Assembly (NCBI GenBank): GCA_964431315.1
Contig: CAYSJH010000001.1
Span: 22,688-86,687, forward strand
DNA from: an uncultured Bacteroides sp.
GTDB taxonomy: Bacteria; Bacteroidota; Bacteroidia; Bacteroidales; SM23-62
Length of the DNA: 64,000 bases
Direction of reading: 5' to 3'
The notes beneath the pieces were generated by a model. It saw nothing but the letters and a program-made list of their open reading frames with translations. It was not told the origin of the DNA and ran no database searches. The translations under genes were made by a program, and so were the position numbers. The stretch's first letter is position 1; every line of letters starts with the position of its first letter. Shown one piece after another: positions 48,314 through 58,501 of the stretch.

Positions 48314-50353
48314 ATGAACATCAGGGATAGTGAGCATCTGTATACCAACGAGCTGATCCACGAGAGCAGTCCCTATTTACTTCAGCATGCCCATAATCCC
48401 GTGAACTGGAATCCCTGGGGAGAGGAAGCGCTGCAAATGGCAAGGCAGGAGAACAAGATGATGATCATCAGTATCGGTTATGCAGCCTGCCATTGGTGCC
48501 ATGTAATGGAACATGAAAGTTTCGAAGACACTGCAGTAGCCAGGCTCATGAATGAGAATTTCATTTCCATCAAAGTGGACAGGGAGGAAAGGCCCGATGT
48601 AGACCAGGTGTATATGAACGCCGTGCAGCTGATATCGGGAAGGGGAGGCTGGCCCTTGAATGCCTTTGCCCTTCCGGACGGGAAACCGTTCTATGCGGGG
48701 ACCTATTTTCCAAGAGAGGACTGGATAAAAGTACTTGAATATTTTATTCAGATGTACAGGGAACAGCCTGAAACCCTGCGGGAAGAGGCCGGAAAAATTG
48801 CACAGGGCATCCTCTCAATTGAGCATATCCCGCTGCAAGAATCCAGTCCCACATTCACGATGGAAAAGCTCGAACCTGCCATAAAAAACCTGATCTCAGC
48901 AGTGGACCTGAGGAATGGGGGTCTCAGCAGGGCCCCGAAATTTCCCATGCCCTCCGTATGGGAATACCTTTTATACTACCATTATCTAAGCGGGAACGGA
49001 CAGGCACTCGAGGCCGTTTTGAGCACGCTTGATAATATGGCTTTTGGAGGTATCTATGATCAGGTTGGAGGGGGATTTGCCAGGTATTCAACGGATGAGA
49101 ACTGGCATGTGCCCCATTTTGAGAAGATGCTCTACGATAATGCACAGATGGTAAGCCTGTACGCACATGCCTGGCAGGTCACGAAAAATCCCCTGTATCG
49201 TGATGTGGTGTATGAAACACTGGACTTCATTGAGCGTGAATTGACCTCGAAAGAGGGCGGATTCTATTCTTCCCTTGACGCAGACAGCGAAGGGGAGGAG
49301 GGTAAGTTCTACGTCTGGACAAAAGAAGAAATCGAAAAGATTTTGGGAAGCAATGCCGCGATCTTTATGGATTATTATAACATCACGGAAGAAGGAAACT
49401 GGGAGGAGGGCAGGAATATCCTTTGCCGCAAGCAGGGTGATCTCGAATTTGCAGAAAGTTACGGCCTCGCCCTCAGCTCTTTGCAGGATAAAATCACATC
49501 CGGGAAATCCACCCTGCTGGAGATCCGGGAGACGAGGATAAGGCCCACTCTGGATAATAAGATCCTGACTTCCTGGAATGCACTGATGCTGAAGGGCTAT
49601 ATCGATGCCTGCAGGGTCTTCGGTGAAGAGCGATTCCTGAATTCAGCCCTTAAGAATGCAGACTTCCTGTTGAAATATGCAATTAATGAAGACGGGAATA
49701 TAACCAGGAACCCTAAAAATGACAAATCCCCGATCCATGGTTTCCTCGATGATTATGCCTTCACCATCTCAGCTTTCATCGGGCTCTATCAGGCCATGTT
49801 TGATGAGAAATGGCTGGCAACGGCAAATAAACTTGCAGGCTATGTGCTGAAGTACTTCCAGGATGAAACCTCCGGTATGTTTTACTATACCCATGAAGAA
49901 TATACCGATCTGATTGCCAGGAATATTGAAATTTCAGACAATGTCATTTCCGGGTCAAATTCCGAGATGGCAAGGAACCTTTTTGCACTTGGGAACTATT
50001 TCTATGAAGAATCTTATATCCGGAAATCAGAACAAATGCTCGCAAATGTATTGGAGGATGTGCATCGAAACATTTTTTATTTTTCAAACTGGGGCATCCT
50101 TGAATTGAATCTTATCAGCAAGCCTTTTGAAGTGGCTGTTCTCGGAGATGAATGTGAACCGGTAAGAAAAGAACTGGATGGGCATTACCTTCCAGATGTT
50201 TTACTTTCAGGCGGCAGGCAGGAAGGTGTCCTCGAACTGCATGAGAACAAACTACTGGCCGGGCAGACGACCATTTACGTTTGCCGTGACAGGGTTTGCA
50301 GGCTTCCTGTAACGGAGGTTTCCGAAGCTCTGGAGCAGCTGGCGCGTAAATAG
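48314..50353 (+). CDS. YyaL/Ssp411 thioredoxin-domain protein (DUF255)
   Basis: [50 protein letters not shown]. Confidence 0.93.
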   Translation: MNIRDSEHLYTNELIHESSPYLLQHAHNPVNWNPWGEEALQMARQENKMMIISIGYAACHWCHVMEHESFEDTAVARLMNENFISIKVDREERPDVDQVYMNAVQLISGRGGWPLNAFALPDGKPFYAGTYFPREDWIKVLEYFIQMYREQPETLREEAGKIAQGILSIEHIPLQESSPTFTMEKLEPAIKNLISAVDLRNGGLSRAPKFPMPSVWEYLLYYHYLSGNGQALEAVLSTLDNMAFGGIYDQVGGGFARYSTDENWHVPHFEKMLYDNAQMVSLYAHAWQVTKNPLYRDVVYETLDFIERELTSKEGGFYSSLDADSEGEEGKFYVWTKEEIEKILGSNAAIFMDYYNITEEGNWEEGRNILCRKQGDLEFAESYGLALSSLQDKITSGKSTLLEIRETRIRPTLDNKILTSWNALMLKGYIDACRVFGEERFLNSALKNADFLLKYAINEDGNITRNPKNDKSPIHGFLDDYAFTISAFIGLYQAMFDEKWLATANKLAGYVLKYFQDETSGMFYYTHEEYTDLIARNIEISDNVISGSNSEMARNLFALGNYFYEESYIRKSEQMLANVLEDVHRNIFYFSNWGILELNLISKPFEVAVLGDECEPVRKELDGHYLPDVLLSGGRQEGVLELHENKLLAGQTTIYVCRDRVCRLPVTEVSEALEQLARK

Positions 50354-50475
50354 ATCTGCGTCCCCCGGCCCTATCCCCTGGTAATTCGGTCCCGTTTCCC
50401 GATAATTATCATGTCCGGTCGAAAATAATTTGTATATTAAATCGTCTCAGAGACTGAAAGACAAATCAATCAGCC

Positions 50476-51003
50476 ATGAATTCAGAAAATCTTAGGGGAC
50501 ATAACCACCGCAGGCATGAAGGAAGGGAAGACCTGGTCGGTGAACACAGGATCGGGGATACCCTCCAGCTGGTATTTCTGGTACTCTTCCTTGCCATCTG
50601 GATATCGGATTCCTTTTTTCTTCATTACAGTACATTCCTGTCGGAGCGTATTCCCAATTACATCCGGACCTCCCTGGGAATAGTGATCCTGGTTATAGCG
50701 GGACTTTTATCCTGGCGGGGGATGCGTAAAGTCTTCGGCGAGGTCCGCGATACTCCGCAGGTGATCACCGGGGGGGTATTTTCAATCATCCGTCACCCCA
50801 TATACCTGGGGTGCATACTGACATACTTCGGAATGATCTGTTTCAGCATGTCGCTTGCATCGGCGGCCCTCTGGGTGGTAATCGTCGTTTTCTACTGGTA
50901 CATTTCAAGATACGAAGAGAAACTGCTGATCGACAGGTTCGGGGATGAATACCGTGATTACCGGAAAAAAGTTCCCATGCTGTTTCCATTGAAATTGAAT
51001 TGA
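50476..51003 (+). CDS. Isoprenylcysteine carboxylmethyltransferase/PEMT family membrane protein
   Basis: ITGGVFSIIRHPIYLG, EEKLLIDRFGDEYRDYRKKVP. Confidence 0.85.
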   Translation: MNSENLRGHNHRRHEGREDLVGEHRIGDTLQLVFLVLFLAIWISDSFFLHYSTFLSERIPNYIRTSLGIVILVIAGLLSWRGMRKVFGEVRDTPQVITGGVFSIIRHPIYLGCILTYFGMICFSMSLASAALWVVIVVFYWYISRYEEKLLIDRFGDEYRDYRKKVPMLFPLKLN

Positions 51004-51132
51004 TTCCGGAAGGTTTGCGGCCATCTCCTCAAAGGAATCCACTGCTTTTGAGGCATTCAGCATGCCGAACAGGGTCGCTGCCCCGGCAGCCGAAATGTTC
51101 TTTCTAAGGAATGATCTTCTGCCGGTACTCAT
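51001..51132 (-). pseudogene. Truncated remnant: Tat-signal N-terminus only
   Basis: MSTGRRSFLRKNISAAGAATLFGMLNASKAVDSFEEMAANLPE, then runs into the antisense of the ICMT gene. Confidence 0.45.
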
Positions 51133-51255
51133 GGCATGGCTATTTGCCTGGTTTAATCTGTTTAACAAACATATAACATCTGTAATGGATCTGTATGGAA
51201 TGTTTTTCCTAAATTGCAATAAAAGATGTTAAAAGTTAAATCAAAACCCTTTACA

Positions 51256-51804
51256 ATGAAAACCACAATTCAATCCCTTGTTATGCTCTGTATTGTTGCC
51301 GGACTGGTTTCCTGTGAAAAAATCAAAAACCTTGCTGATGTGGAATTCGACACAACCATGGATACGAACCTCAACATCGCGGTGGATCAGCCCATGAAAA
51401 GTACCCTGGCCGGGTACACGTATGAGGCCAGTGCAACCCTTGATCCCACGTCGGATCCGGAAGTAAAAAAATATGCCGATAAGATCAAGAAATATGATAT
51501 CACTTCCCTTACGGCAAAGGTAATATCGGTTTCGAAGGAAAATGTAAAGCTGTTGCAGGGCACCTTTTTTAAGATCGCGGATGCCACGGACAATACCAAA
51601 TGGGTACTTACTGAGGATTTCGATGTGGTTGTCGGCAATTCCTATACCCTTGGGAATGACAACGGGGAGTGGGCGGTCGTGCAGAGAATTCTTGGAAGGA
51701 ATGCTGAATTTACAGTCACTTCCGAAGGATCGGCCACCGAGAATAACATTACCATCATCATGAAAGTTTCGATCGGGGCCAAGGTTACGGCCAATCCACT
51801 TTAG
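51256..51804 (+). CDS. Hypothetical lipoprotein
   Basis: MKTTIQSLVMLCIVAGLVSC lipobox; beta-rich; AT-richer. Confidence 0.75.
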   Translation: MKTTIQSLVMLCIVAGLVSCEKIKNLADVEFDTTMDTNLNIAVDQPMKSTLAGYTYEASATLDPTSDPEVKKYADKIKKYDITSLTAKVISVSKENVKLLQGTFFKIADATDNTKWVLTEDFDVVVGNSYTLGNDNGEWAVVQRILGRNAEFTVTSEGSATENNITIIMKVSIGAKVTANPL

Positions 51805-51830
51805 TTAGACAAGCCCTGTCAGACTGCAAT

Positions 51831-51880
51831 TCCTGATAGCCGGATATCATTCCTGTCCTGATAGCCGGATATCATTCCTG
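51831..51880. repeat. Perfect 2 x 25-bp tandem duplication
   Basis: tcctgatagccggatatcattcctg twice. Confidence 0.9.
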
Positions 51881-51990
51881 ATCCTTCTCGTCCTTTCCAA
51901 CTTAAAAACCGGGCGATTATAGATCAATCGAGCCGGAATACCTGTTCCGGTAGGGGGATTGGCATTTGAGTCCCATAAGAGTTTTCATGC

Positions 51991-53358
51991 TTACAGGTCG
52001 TATTTATCGATGAGATAGATAAGGACTGCGATTGAGGCGCTTCCAAATTGCAGTTCCCTGATGTTCACCTGCTCGAAGGTATCGATCGGGGAGTGGTGAT
52101 AGTCCCCGTACCTCTGCATATCGGGTACCAGGCTGATCAGCACAGTTCCTGATTCTTTGAGGGGATTAATGTCCACACCGCCGCCTCCCCTGGTAAATTC
52201 GGTTATCCCGTAGGGTTTAAAATAGTCCTCCAGCCCGAGCAAGCCCTCCAGCCGGTCATCTTCCGTACTGAAACCGAATCCACGGGGCATAAATCCACCC
52301 CGGTCCGATTCCAGGGAGACGTAATGTTTCTCATGGTTCAGTTTTGCCAGTTCCGCATATTTCTCCGCGCCCCGCTGGGCAATCTCTTCATCCATGAACA
52401 TAACCGCCCGGACAGTCCTTTTGGGCCGGATACCGAGCACCTTATATAAACGGAGGACCTCGATGGATTGAATGCAGCCGGCCCCGTCATCGTGGGCGCC
52501 TTCACCGATGTCCCAGGCATCCAGGTGACCGCCGACGGTGATGATCTCATCCGGACGGGTGGATCCGCGTATTTCCCCGATTACGTTATAGGACATCACA
52601 TCCGGATAGGTTCTGCAGTTACTGATTAGGTGCAGTTTCAGCTCCGGGTCCTGCTTAAGCCATGCACTCAACAGGTTCGCTCCCATGGTGCTGACACAGA
52701 CTGCCGGGATCCGGGGGATCCCTTCATCGTAATCCATGACTCCCGTATGGGGATTATCGTCGATGGCCGTTGTAACCGACCGTACGATAACGGCGCTGGC
52801 CCCGTATCTGGCCGCTTCCGATGCCCCGTTTACGCGCTGGTCAACGGCTTCGCCGTATGCCCGGAAGACATTGATCAGGGTCGGGTCCATCGGCCGGTTA
52901 AAGAAAACGATCCTGCCCCTGATCCGTTTTTCTCCAAGCTTATCCAGTTCTTCAAAACTGCGTACCTCAATCACATTGGCCAGAATACCCCGCTCATCTG
53001 TCCCGACGGATGTTCCCAGGCCCGTAACGGAAAGATCCTCCGAGCCAAGCCTGGAGGAGATAACGCGGGCAAACTCAACATCCCCGCGGACCCATCTTTT
53101 CACCATAAGTTCCTGGATGTATACCGTATCCAGTCCCATATCAAGCATCACCTGCCGGGTAAACTCCACCGCAGCGGCAGCCTCCGGGGTACCTGCGATC
53201 CGCCCCTTGGTATTCTTGCACAGCCATCTCAGGTTTTCATACGCTTCACGGCTGGTCAACGCTTCGTTAAATATCCGGCGGATAAGCATCGAATCCTGTT
53301 CCTGGGCCGGCAAAAGTGCAGAAACACCCAATAATAAAAGTACAATTGTTTTTCTCAT
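51991..53358 (-). CDS. M28 family peptidase (carboxypeptidase Q-like, PA domain)
   Basis: Signal peptide; GGHLDAWD, GAHDDGAG, FMDEE, SLESDRG, YHHSPID. Confidence 0.9.
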   Translation of the reverse strand: MRKTIVLLLLGVSALLPAQEQDSMLIRRIFNEALTSREAYENLRWLCKNTKGRIAGTPEAAAAVEFTRQVMLDMGLDTVYIQELMVKRWVRGDVEFARVISSRLGSEDLSVTGLGTSVGTDERGILANVIEVRSFEELDKLGEKRIRGRIVFFNRPMDPTLINVFRAYGEAVDQRVNGASEAARYGASAVIVRSVTTAIDDNPHTGVMDYDEGIPRIPAVCVSTMGANLLSAWLKQDPELKLHLISNCRTYPDVMSYNVIGEIRGSTRPDEIITVGGHLDAWDIGEGAHDDGAGCIQSIEVLRLYKVLGIRPKRTVRAVMFMDEEIAQRGAEKYAELAKLNHEKHYVSLESDRGGFMPRGFGFSTEDDRLEGLLGLEDYFKPYGITEFTRGGGGVDINPLKESGTVLISLVPDMQRYGDYHHSPIDTFEQVNIRELQFGSASIAVLIYLIDKYDL

Positions 53359-53636
53359 GGCCGATGGTATGGATCCCGAGTTCCGAATATAATCAAAACG
53401 CGATTATTTCACACGCATGGGTTACAAATTCACACGCAGGGCTTGCATATTATTAATATCGACGGAAACCTTCCATGGTATTCGGACAATGCATGTGTCG
53501 TTTTCATTGACAACCCCGGTAATGTCTTTAGGGGGACCAATGAATGGTTTTTATGAACTGAACCGTTTTCACTCGGATGACGATAAGGATATCCTATTTT
53601 TCACATCAGCCAGCCATAATTAAAGTTTTAGAATAA

Positions 53637-53666
53637 TTCCCAAATTGCGAACTTTTAGTATTTTTG
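53637..53666 (+). promoter_or_regulatory. higBA operator-like palindrome plus -7 box
   Basis: ttcccaaattgcgaa (53637-53651, imperfect palindrome) and TATTTTTG (53659-53666). Confidence 0.55.
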
Positions 53667-53685
53667 CATACAGAAGTTGAAAGCT

Positions 53686-53982
53686 GTGTAAAGGATATTC
53701 GCAAAAAGCACACTTAAGAAATTTTGGGAATCTTATCCTGATTCGGAACAGTATCTTAAAACCTGGTACGATACTGCAATGAATTCAGAGTGGAAAACGC
53801 CGAATGATGTTAAAAAAACATATGTAACTGCAAGTATCCTGAAAGAAGGCAGAATTGTATTTAACATTAAAGGCAATTCTTATCGACTGGTAGCTAAATT
53901 CAATTTTAAAAAACAATGGATCTTTATCAGGTTCATAGGTACTCATAAGGAGTATGATAACATTGATGCAGGTACCATCTAA
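53686..53982 (+). pseudogene. higB: HigB toxin with disrupted start (GTG-TAA before RIFAKSTLKKFW)
   Basis: Frame continues upstream of the ORF-track ATG 53779 as RIFAKSTLKKFWESYPDSEQYLKTWY; core RIVFNIKGNSYRL..FIGTHKEYD; codon 53689-53691 is TAA. Confidence 0.8.
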
Positions 53983-53992
53983 ATAAATAACT

Positions 53993-54361
53993 ATGGAAAT
54001 CAGGCCGATCAAATCAGATTCTGATTACCGGACCGCTCTTAATCGTCTGGATGTCATCTTTGATGCAGATGTTGGAACACCTGAGAGTGACGAAGCAGAT
54101 GTTCTTGGATTGCTTGTTGATGAATATGAAAAAAAACATTACCCTATAGATGCTCCGGACCCGATTGAAGCAATAAAAATCAGAATGGAGGAAATGCAGC
54201 TCAGGCAGGTAGATTTAATTAATGAAATCGGGGGTAAAAGCCGTGTCTCTGAGATTCTTAACAGAAAACGCAAGTTAACGGTTGATATGATACGAAAATT
54301 AACAGTCAGGTTGAATCTTTCTTCAGACATATTAATCAGGGATTATCAATTAACCAGGTAA
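53993..54361 (+). CDS. higA: HigA antitoxin (HTH)
   Basis: IRPIKSDSDY..LVDEYEKKHYPI..PDPIEAIKIRM..KSRVSEILNRKRKLT. Confidence 0.92.
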   Translation: MEIRPIKSDSDYRTALNRLDVIFDADVGTPESDEADVLGLLVDEYEKKHYPIDAPDPIEAIKIRMEEMQLRQVDLINEIGGKSRVSEILNRKRKLTVDMIRKLTVRLNLSSDILIRDYQLTR

Positions 54362-54485
54362 CGTCGACCGCGGACTCTACCAGCAGGCCCATCCGTATCA
54401 TGCGGTTGAAAAAGGTCGCTTCCTTCATCAAAAAGAACCAGGATAACATTACAGAGATAACCCTGAATTTATGGGTTTTCGTGGA

Positions 54486-55076
54486 TCAGCCGTCCTTCAG
54501 CAGGACCTCCCAGACCAGGAGGGATTTATCACCGAAGTCCTTGTAGCCCATCTGCAGAACCATTTCAATCTCCCTGGACGAAGAGTCCAGTTGCAGGGTA
54601 TCGGACGCGGTAATCCCAAGGATCTGCATGGTATACCGGATGGTTCCCCGGTAGGTCTCCGTGGGTTCTTTGGCTAGGGATTTCACGATCTCAACCGAAT
54701 CGACGATGAATTTGAGGGAATGGTACCGCGCAGGCTGAATTTGTGGCAGGACCGGAGCCGGGGGAGCCGTACCGCCGACGAAAAGCTGGCTGATGTTTTC
54801 ACGGGCCAGTTCACGGAAGACCTGTTCGGCACCCTTATCGTAAACGATCGAAAGATAGTCGGTGTAATCCACCAGTTTCTCCATGGCTCTGGATTCAAAG
54901 GCCCTGAGATTTCTTGCCGACAGAACCTCCGATCGGAGATCGTTGCCTGCGGCATCCAGTTCCTCCAGCCTCTGCACCCTCCTGACTGCCGGGTATGGCT
55001 CTTCCTGGCAGGTCGGAGCGACCAGGAAAGGGACCTGGCAGGCAAGCAACAATCCGTATTTAAGGTAAGCCTTCAT
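54486..55076 (-). CDS. Hypothetical exported protein
   Basis: N-terminal hydrophobic segment; NLRAFESRAMEKLVDYTDYLSI..VWEVLL; directly downstream of 55091..56035. Confidence 0.7.
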   Translation of the reverse strand: MKAYLKYGLLLACQVPFLVAPTCQEEPYPAVRRVQRLEELDAAGNDLRSEVLSARNLRAFESRAMEKLVDYTDYLSIVYDKGAEQVFRELARENISQLFVGGTAPPAPVLPQIQPARYHSLKFIVDSVEIVKSLAKEPTETYRGTIRYTMQILGITASDTLQLDSSSREIEMVLQMGYKDFGDKSLLVWEVLLKDG

Positions 55077-55090
55077 TGTCCCGGATTATC

Positions 55091-56035
55091 TCAGTTTTGC
55101 GGTGCTTCCGTTATCACCTGTTTGAACCATAGCTTCGAGATACGGTCTTCCCGGTAGGTCATCTCGATGATCTCCAGATCCCTGAGGCCTTTCGACGGAA
55201 GAGTGATCTTGTTGATGAATTCCCATTTATTATAGAGCTCCATGCCCAGTTTCTCATCCACGAAGACCTGGTAAATCATGGCATCGTCCAACAGTATAGC
55301 ATCCAGATGCTCCCGCCTGGCCTTCCAGTCTTCAATGTTTGCATGAGATAAATAATTGATCATCAGAGCGTAATCATTGGTCTTCAAGGGGATCGTTTCA
55401 TTTCTTTCCGTGCGGTTCAAGATGCGTGTAATGGTGTCGGTCCGGTAGTAAGGGGATTTCACTACGAAACTGACCCGGGGCCTGCCAGTATGGATGCTGA
55501 AACATCCGTTTGAATCACAGCTCATAAACTCAGGCGATTCATTTTCCTTTAATATCCAGACGCTTACAGGTGTGTCTGTAGGCGGTTGCCGGGTGAGCTG
55601 GTTTATGAAATAAAATTTAAATTCCCTGCGGCTTCCCAGTTTGATGATGGTAAAAATGACAGCGAATACAAGCAGCAGAAATAGTGGTGCCAGTACGAAA
55701 AGCCGGTTCGATGGATCGGCTTTTACGCCGGAAACCAAACTGTCCCGATGCTGTTATCTGAAATCGTTCCAGTCCACGTACCCCGCATACCTGCTCAGCA
55801 GGTTCAACACATCGATGCGGGGCAGCCTGTCATTGTCGGATTTCATATGCAGGTAAAACCATTTCTCAGAGATATGCTCGTTTACAACGGCCCTCAAATC
55901 TTCCTGAAAATTTATGATCTCCTGTCCTTTCCAGTCCCCTATTTTATCCGGCATCCCCGGATGGGATTTCTTCATGGCATCAACGATCTGTTGTTTGAGG
56001 ACCCCGAATAAGCGTATGTCTTCAGTTGAAGGCAA
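55091..56035 (-). pseudogene. Single-pass membrane protein split by one in-frame TAA (55754-55756)
   Basis: ORFs 55754..56035 and 55091..55738 share a frame: DWNDFR*QHRDSLVSGVKADPSNRLFVLAPL. Confidence 0.7.
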
Positions 56036-56269
56036 GTTACTGGATCGGTTTAAGGAACGAATGGAAAACAGTTGTAAAACAATTCACAAATCCCTTACAA
56101 GGGTTTTGCAAAACGGTAACGCAGTGGCTGTATAAATTTGACCCTGAAGCATTGCCCATTACGAAATGACATCCATCGTGAATTGTTACGGGATGCAAAT
56201 CATCACCCTGCATGATCAAATATAAGGATTATTAATATTAACTTGGAGTACAGGCTATAAGGAAGAATC

Positions 56270-57751
56270 ATGAGATCGATAACCAGCCACCTGTTTTTGC
56301 TTGCCATACTGACCGGAGCATTTTCATGCCAGACCCGAAATGAAGAAGACAGGACACAGGATAGGGTTGACAAGATGATAGAGCTTAATTCCTATTACCA
56401 TTTCAGGTACGGTACCATTCACGTTAACTTTTTAAGGGAAGATGGGATCGTGAGGTCCATCCCGTGCAGGCGGGGGAAAGTCCGCCTCTACGATGAGGGA
56501 CAGCTGATGACGTTCGTTCTGTCATCCGACCACAACATTCGTAATGATCTGATCCCTTCAGGCAGCAGGATGACCCTTTACCGGAATGGCAATCCGGAAT
56601 ACATTGGGTTGCCGGAGAACACTAATATCCAGGGACATCTTGTTTCGGGCAACAGATGGATGCCTTTTCATCCGGCGCATTTTTACGAGAACGGTGGACT
56701 ATGGAATTTCAGGGCGGCGGATGACCTGGATGTAAATGGAATTCCCTGCAGCAACCAGAAAGATATAGGACTCTATCCTGATGGACGGCTGCTGACCTGT
56801 CAGCTTTCAGAAACAATGAGGACAGACAGCGGATCATATGATGAAGGTGCACAGGTAATCATGGATGAAAAGGGGGCAATGCATCCTTATGCCGATGATT
56901 TATATACGGTCATCAACAGGCGCATTGCCGATGAATTCCTGCTTGGTTCCGTTACGGAAGCTTTCATGCTCAGACTGGACGGGAGGACCGATTCCGCCAT
57001 GAATATGCTGTTCCAGCTTAAAGAATGGCATCCGGAAAGTCCCCTTCTGAACCATGAGATGGCCATAGTTAAATGGCAGGAATACCTGGGCGGAACCCGT
57101 GAAACCATTGGCAGCATCATGTGGTTTACAGGTGAAGCCATACGAAACGATCCCTCCAATCTTGCCTATGCCTTTTTCGATGCGGAATGTGGATTATTTG
57201 CAGCCTGCGAGTTAATGAAGCAGGATACGATGAAGGCGGCCTGGTGTGCCAGAAGGGCCATTGATGGTTATGAGAGGGTGCTGGTAATGAAACCGGATCA
57301 TCTTGCGGCCCGGCTTTCCCTCGTGGAGGCCTACGTCAGTCTTCCCGGGACCATCGGGGGCAACAGGCAGAAAGCAGAAAGCCATGCACAGGAATTGAAA
57401 AAATTTGATACAGTATGGGCTGCCATGGCTGAGGCCATCCGGCTGGATCCTGAATACGGACAAGCAGTTCCCTGGTTTATGAGGTACATGGTATTTATGG
57501 CTGCACGGAAGGAACAACCGGAGGTGGACTGGGTTGCGGTAGCCGGGGACCTGTCCGCCACCTACCTTGGAACCGAACCGTCCGACCCCCTGAAAGCATT
57601 CACGATCGGGTGCCTGTCAAGAATAATCAGGATATCGGGCGACGAGGTTAAGGCAGATGAACTATGGCAAGAAGCCATGGCACTGGATCCGCATACTCCG
57701 GAATATCCGATGGATCCACCGGTGGAACTGTTCACCCCGCTCGCTCTGTAA
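56270..57751 (+). CDS. Hypothetical lipoprotein: beta-repeat N-domain plus TPR-like C-domain
   Basis: Lipobox AFSC; repeated LY.xG(x)L units (LYDEGQL, LYRNGNP, FYENGGL, LYPDGRL); helical C-half; TAAATTTG at 56133. Confidence 0.7.
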   Translation: MRSITSHLFLLAILTGAFSCQTRNEEDRTQDRVDKMIELNSYYHFRYGTIHVNFLREDGIVRSIPCRRGKVRLYDEGQLMTFVLSSDHNIRNDLIPSGSRMTLYRNGNPEYIGLPENTNIQGHLVSGNRWMPFHPAHFYENGGLWNFRAADDLDVNGIPCSNQKDIGLYPDGRLLTCQLSETMRTDSGSYDEGAQVIMDEKGAMHPYADDLYTVINRRIADEFLLGSVTEAFMLRLDGRTDSAMNMLFQLKEWHPESPLLNHEMAIVKWQEYLGGTRETIGSIMWFTGEAIRNDPSNLAYAFFDAECGLFAACELMKQDTMKAAWCARRAIDGYERVLVMKPDHLAARLSLVEAYVSLPGTIGGNRQKAESHAQELKKFDTVWAAMAEAIRLDPEYGQAVPWFMRYMVFMAARKEQPEVDWVAVAGDLSATYLGTEPSDPLKAFTIGCLSRIIRISGDEVKADELWQEAMALDPHTPEYPMDPPVELFTPLAL

Positions 57752-57766
57752 AAATAGACGGGGGAA

Positions 57767-58183
57767 TTATCCTGCCAGCGATCGGATGAATTCACCGGCG
57801 CTCATTACAGGAATCGTGCTTTTCCGGAATCCGGAATGGTCCCTTGTAATGATAAGATCCTGTCCGTTTTCTATAGCTGTATAGTATTGAATGGCATCTT
57901 CAAAATCCATAAAATCAGAGTTTAAGGCCAGATCGGCAATTTTATTGTCATAGGGTAATACCTGTACCAGGACTTTGAAGTCCCTTAGTATTTTGCCTGC
58001 TTCCAACTGTGATTTAAACCTGGAGAGTACGTAATGCGTGTTTGCCAGGGACATGGCCGATATTGAAAGAAGGACTATTTTCTTGTCCGCCAGGGAAAAA
58101 AGTCCGGCTGCCTCATCATAGAATGGAGTTCTCCGGGCAAGCAGATCCAAGACAATATTCGTATCAATAAGCAGCTGTTTCAT
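57767..58183 (-). CDS. PIN domain toxin (VapC-like)
   Basis: LLIDTNIVLDLL..FMDFEDAIQYYTA..IITRD. Confidence 0.92.
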   Translation of the reverse strand: MKQLLIDTNIVLDLLARRTPFYDEAAGLFSLADKKIVLLSISAMSLANTHYVLSRFKSQLEAGKILRDFKVLVQVLPYDNKIADLALNSDFMDFEDAIQYYTAIENGQDLIITRDHSGFRKSTIPVMSAGEFIRSLAG

Positions 58184-58425
58184 GAATATTTTTGATCCAG
58201 GTAATCAGGATAATCCTTCCTGTAATCATAATCAGCCGGAATTTCAATAACACCGCTCAGACTTTTGACCAGGGGTGTTATCTCAATTCTGGAGTTATCC
58301 TCTTTAGTCACAGAATCAAGATAAGACTCAATCATTTTTGAAAGGCTCGTATTTCGTTTCTTTGCATAGCTTTTGGCCCTGGCAATCACCTCGCTGTTCA
58401 GCTTTAATGTCAGTTTGGAATTCAT
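58180..58425 (-). CDS. DUF6364 family antitoxin (RHH-like)
   Basis: MNSKLTLKLNSEVIARAKSYAKKRNTSLSKMIESYL..ITPLVKSLSG; 4-bp overlap with the PIN gene. Confidence 0.88.
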   Translation of the reverse strand: MNSKLTLKLNSEVIARAKSYAKKRNTSLSKMIESYLDSVTKEDNSRIEITPLVKSLSGVIEIPADYDYRKDYPDYLDQKYS

Positions 58426-58501
58426 TCCATTATGTTATACGTACAAATATATACTATTTATACGTATCATTCAATGTTAGAATAGAAATATCTTGATAAG
58501 T

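Noticed and set aside
53417-53623. 68-aa ORF upstream of higBA
   Set aside because: No recognisable motif on either strand and no clear promoter; cannot be supported.
54362-54470. Possible gene fragment at the AT-to-GC junction after higA
   Set aside because: Short open frames on both strands but nothing recognisable, and no matching half at the other side of higBA.
55754-55756. Programmed read-through (selenocysteine or pyrrolysine) of in-frame stops here and at 53689 and 48266
   Set aside because: All are TAA, which is not recoded to Sec or Pyl; other genes use standard code 11.
58413-58440. Xer dif/pdif site next to the PIN-DUF6364 pair
   Set aside because: ttatgttatac resembles a XerD arm, but the position of the XerC arm (gtttggaattc) does not match.
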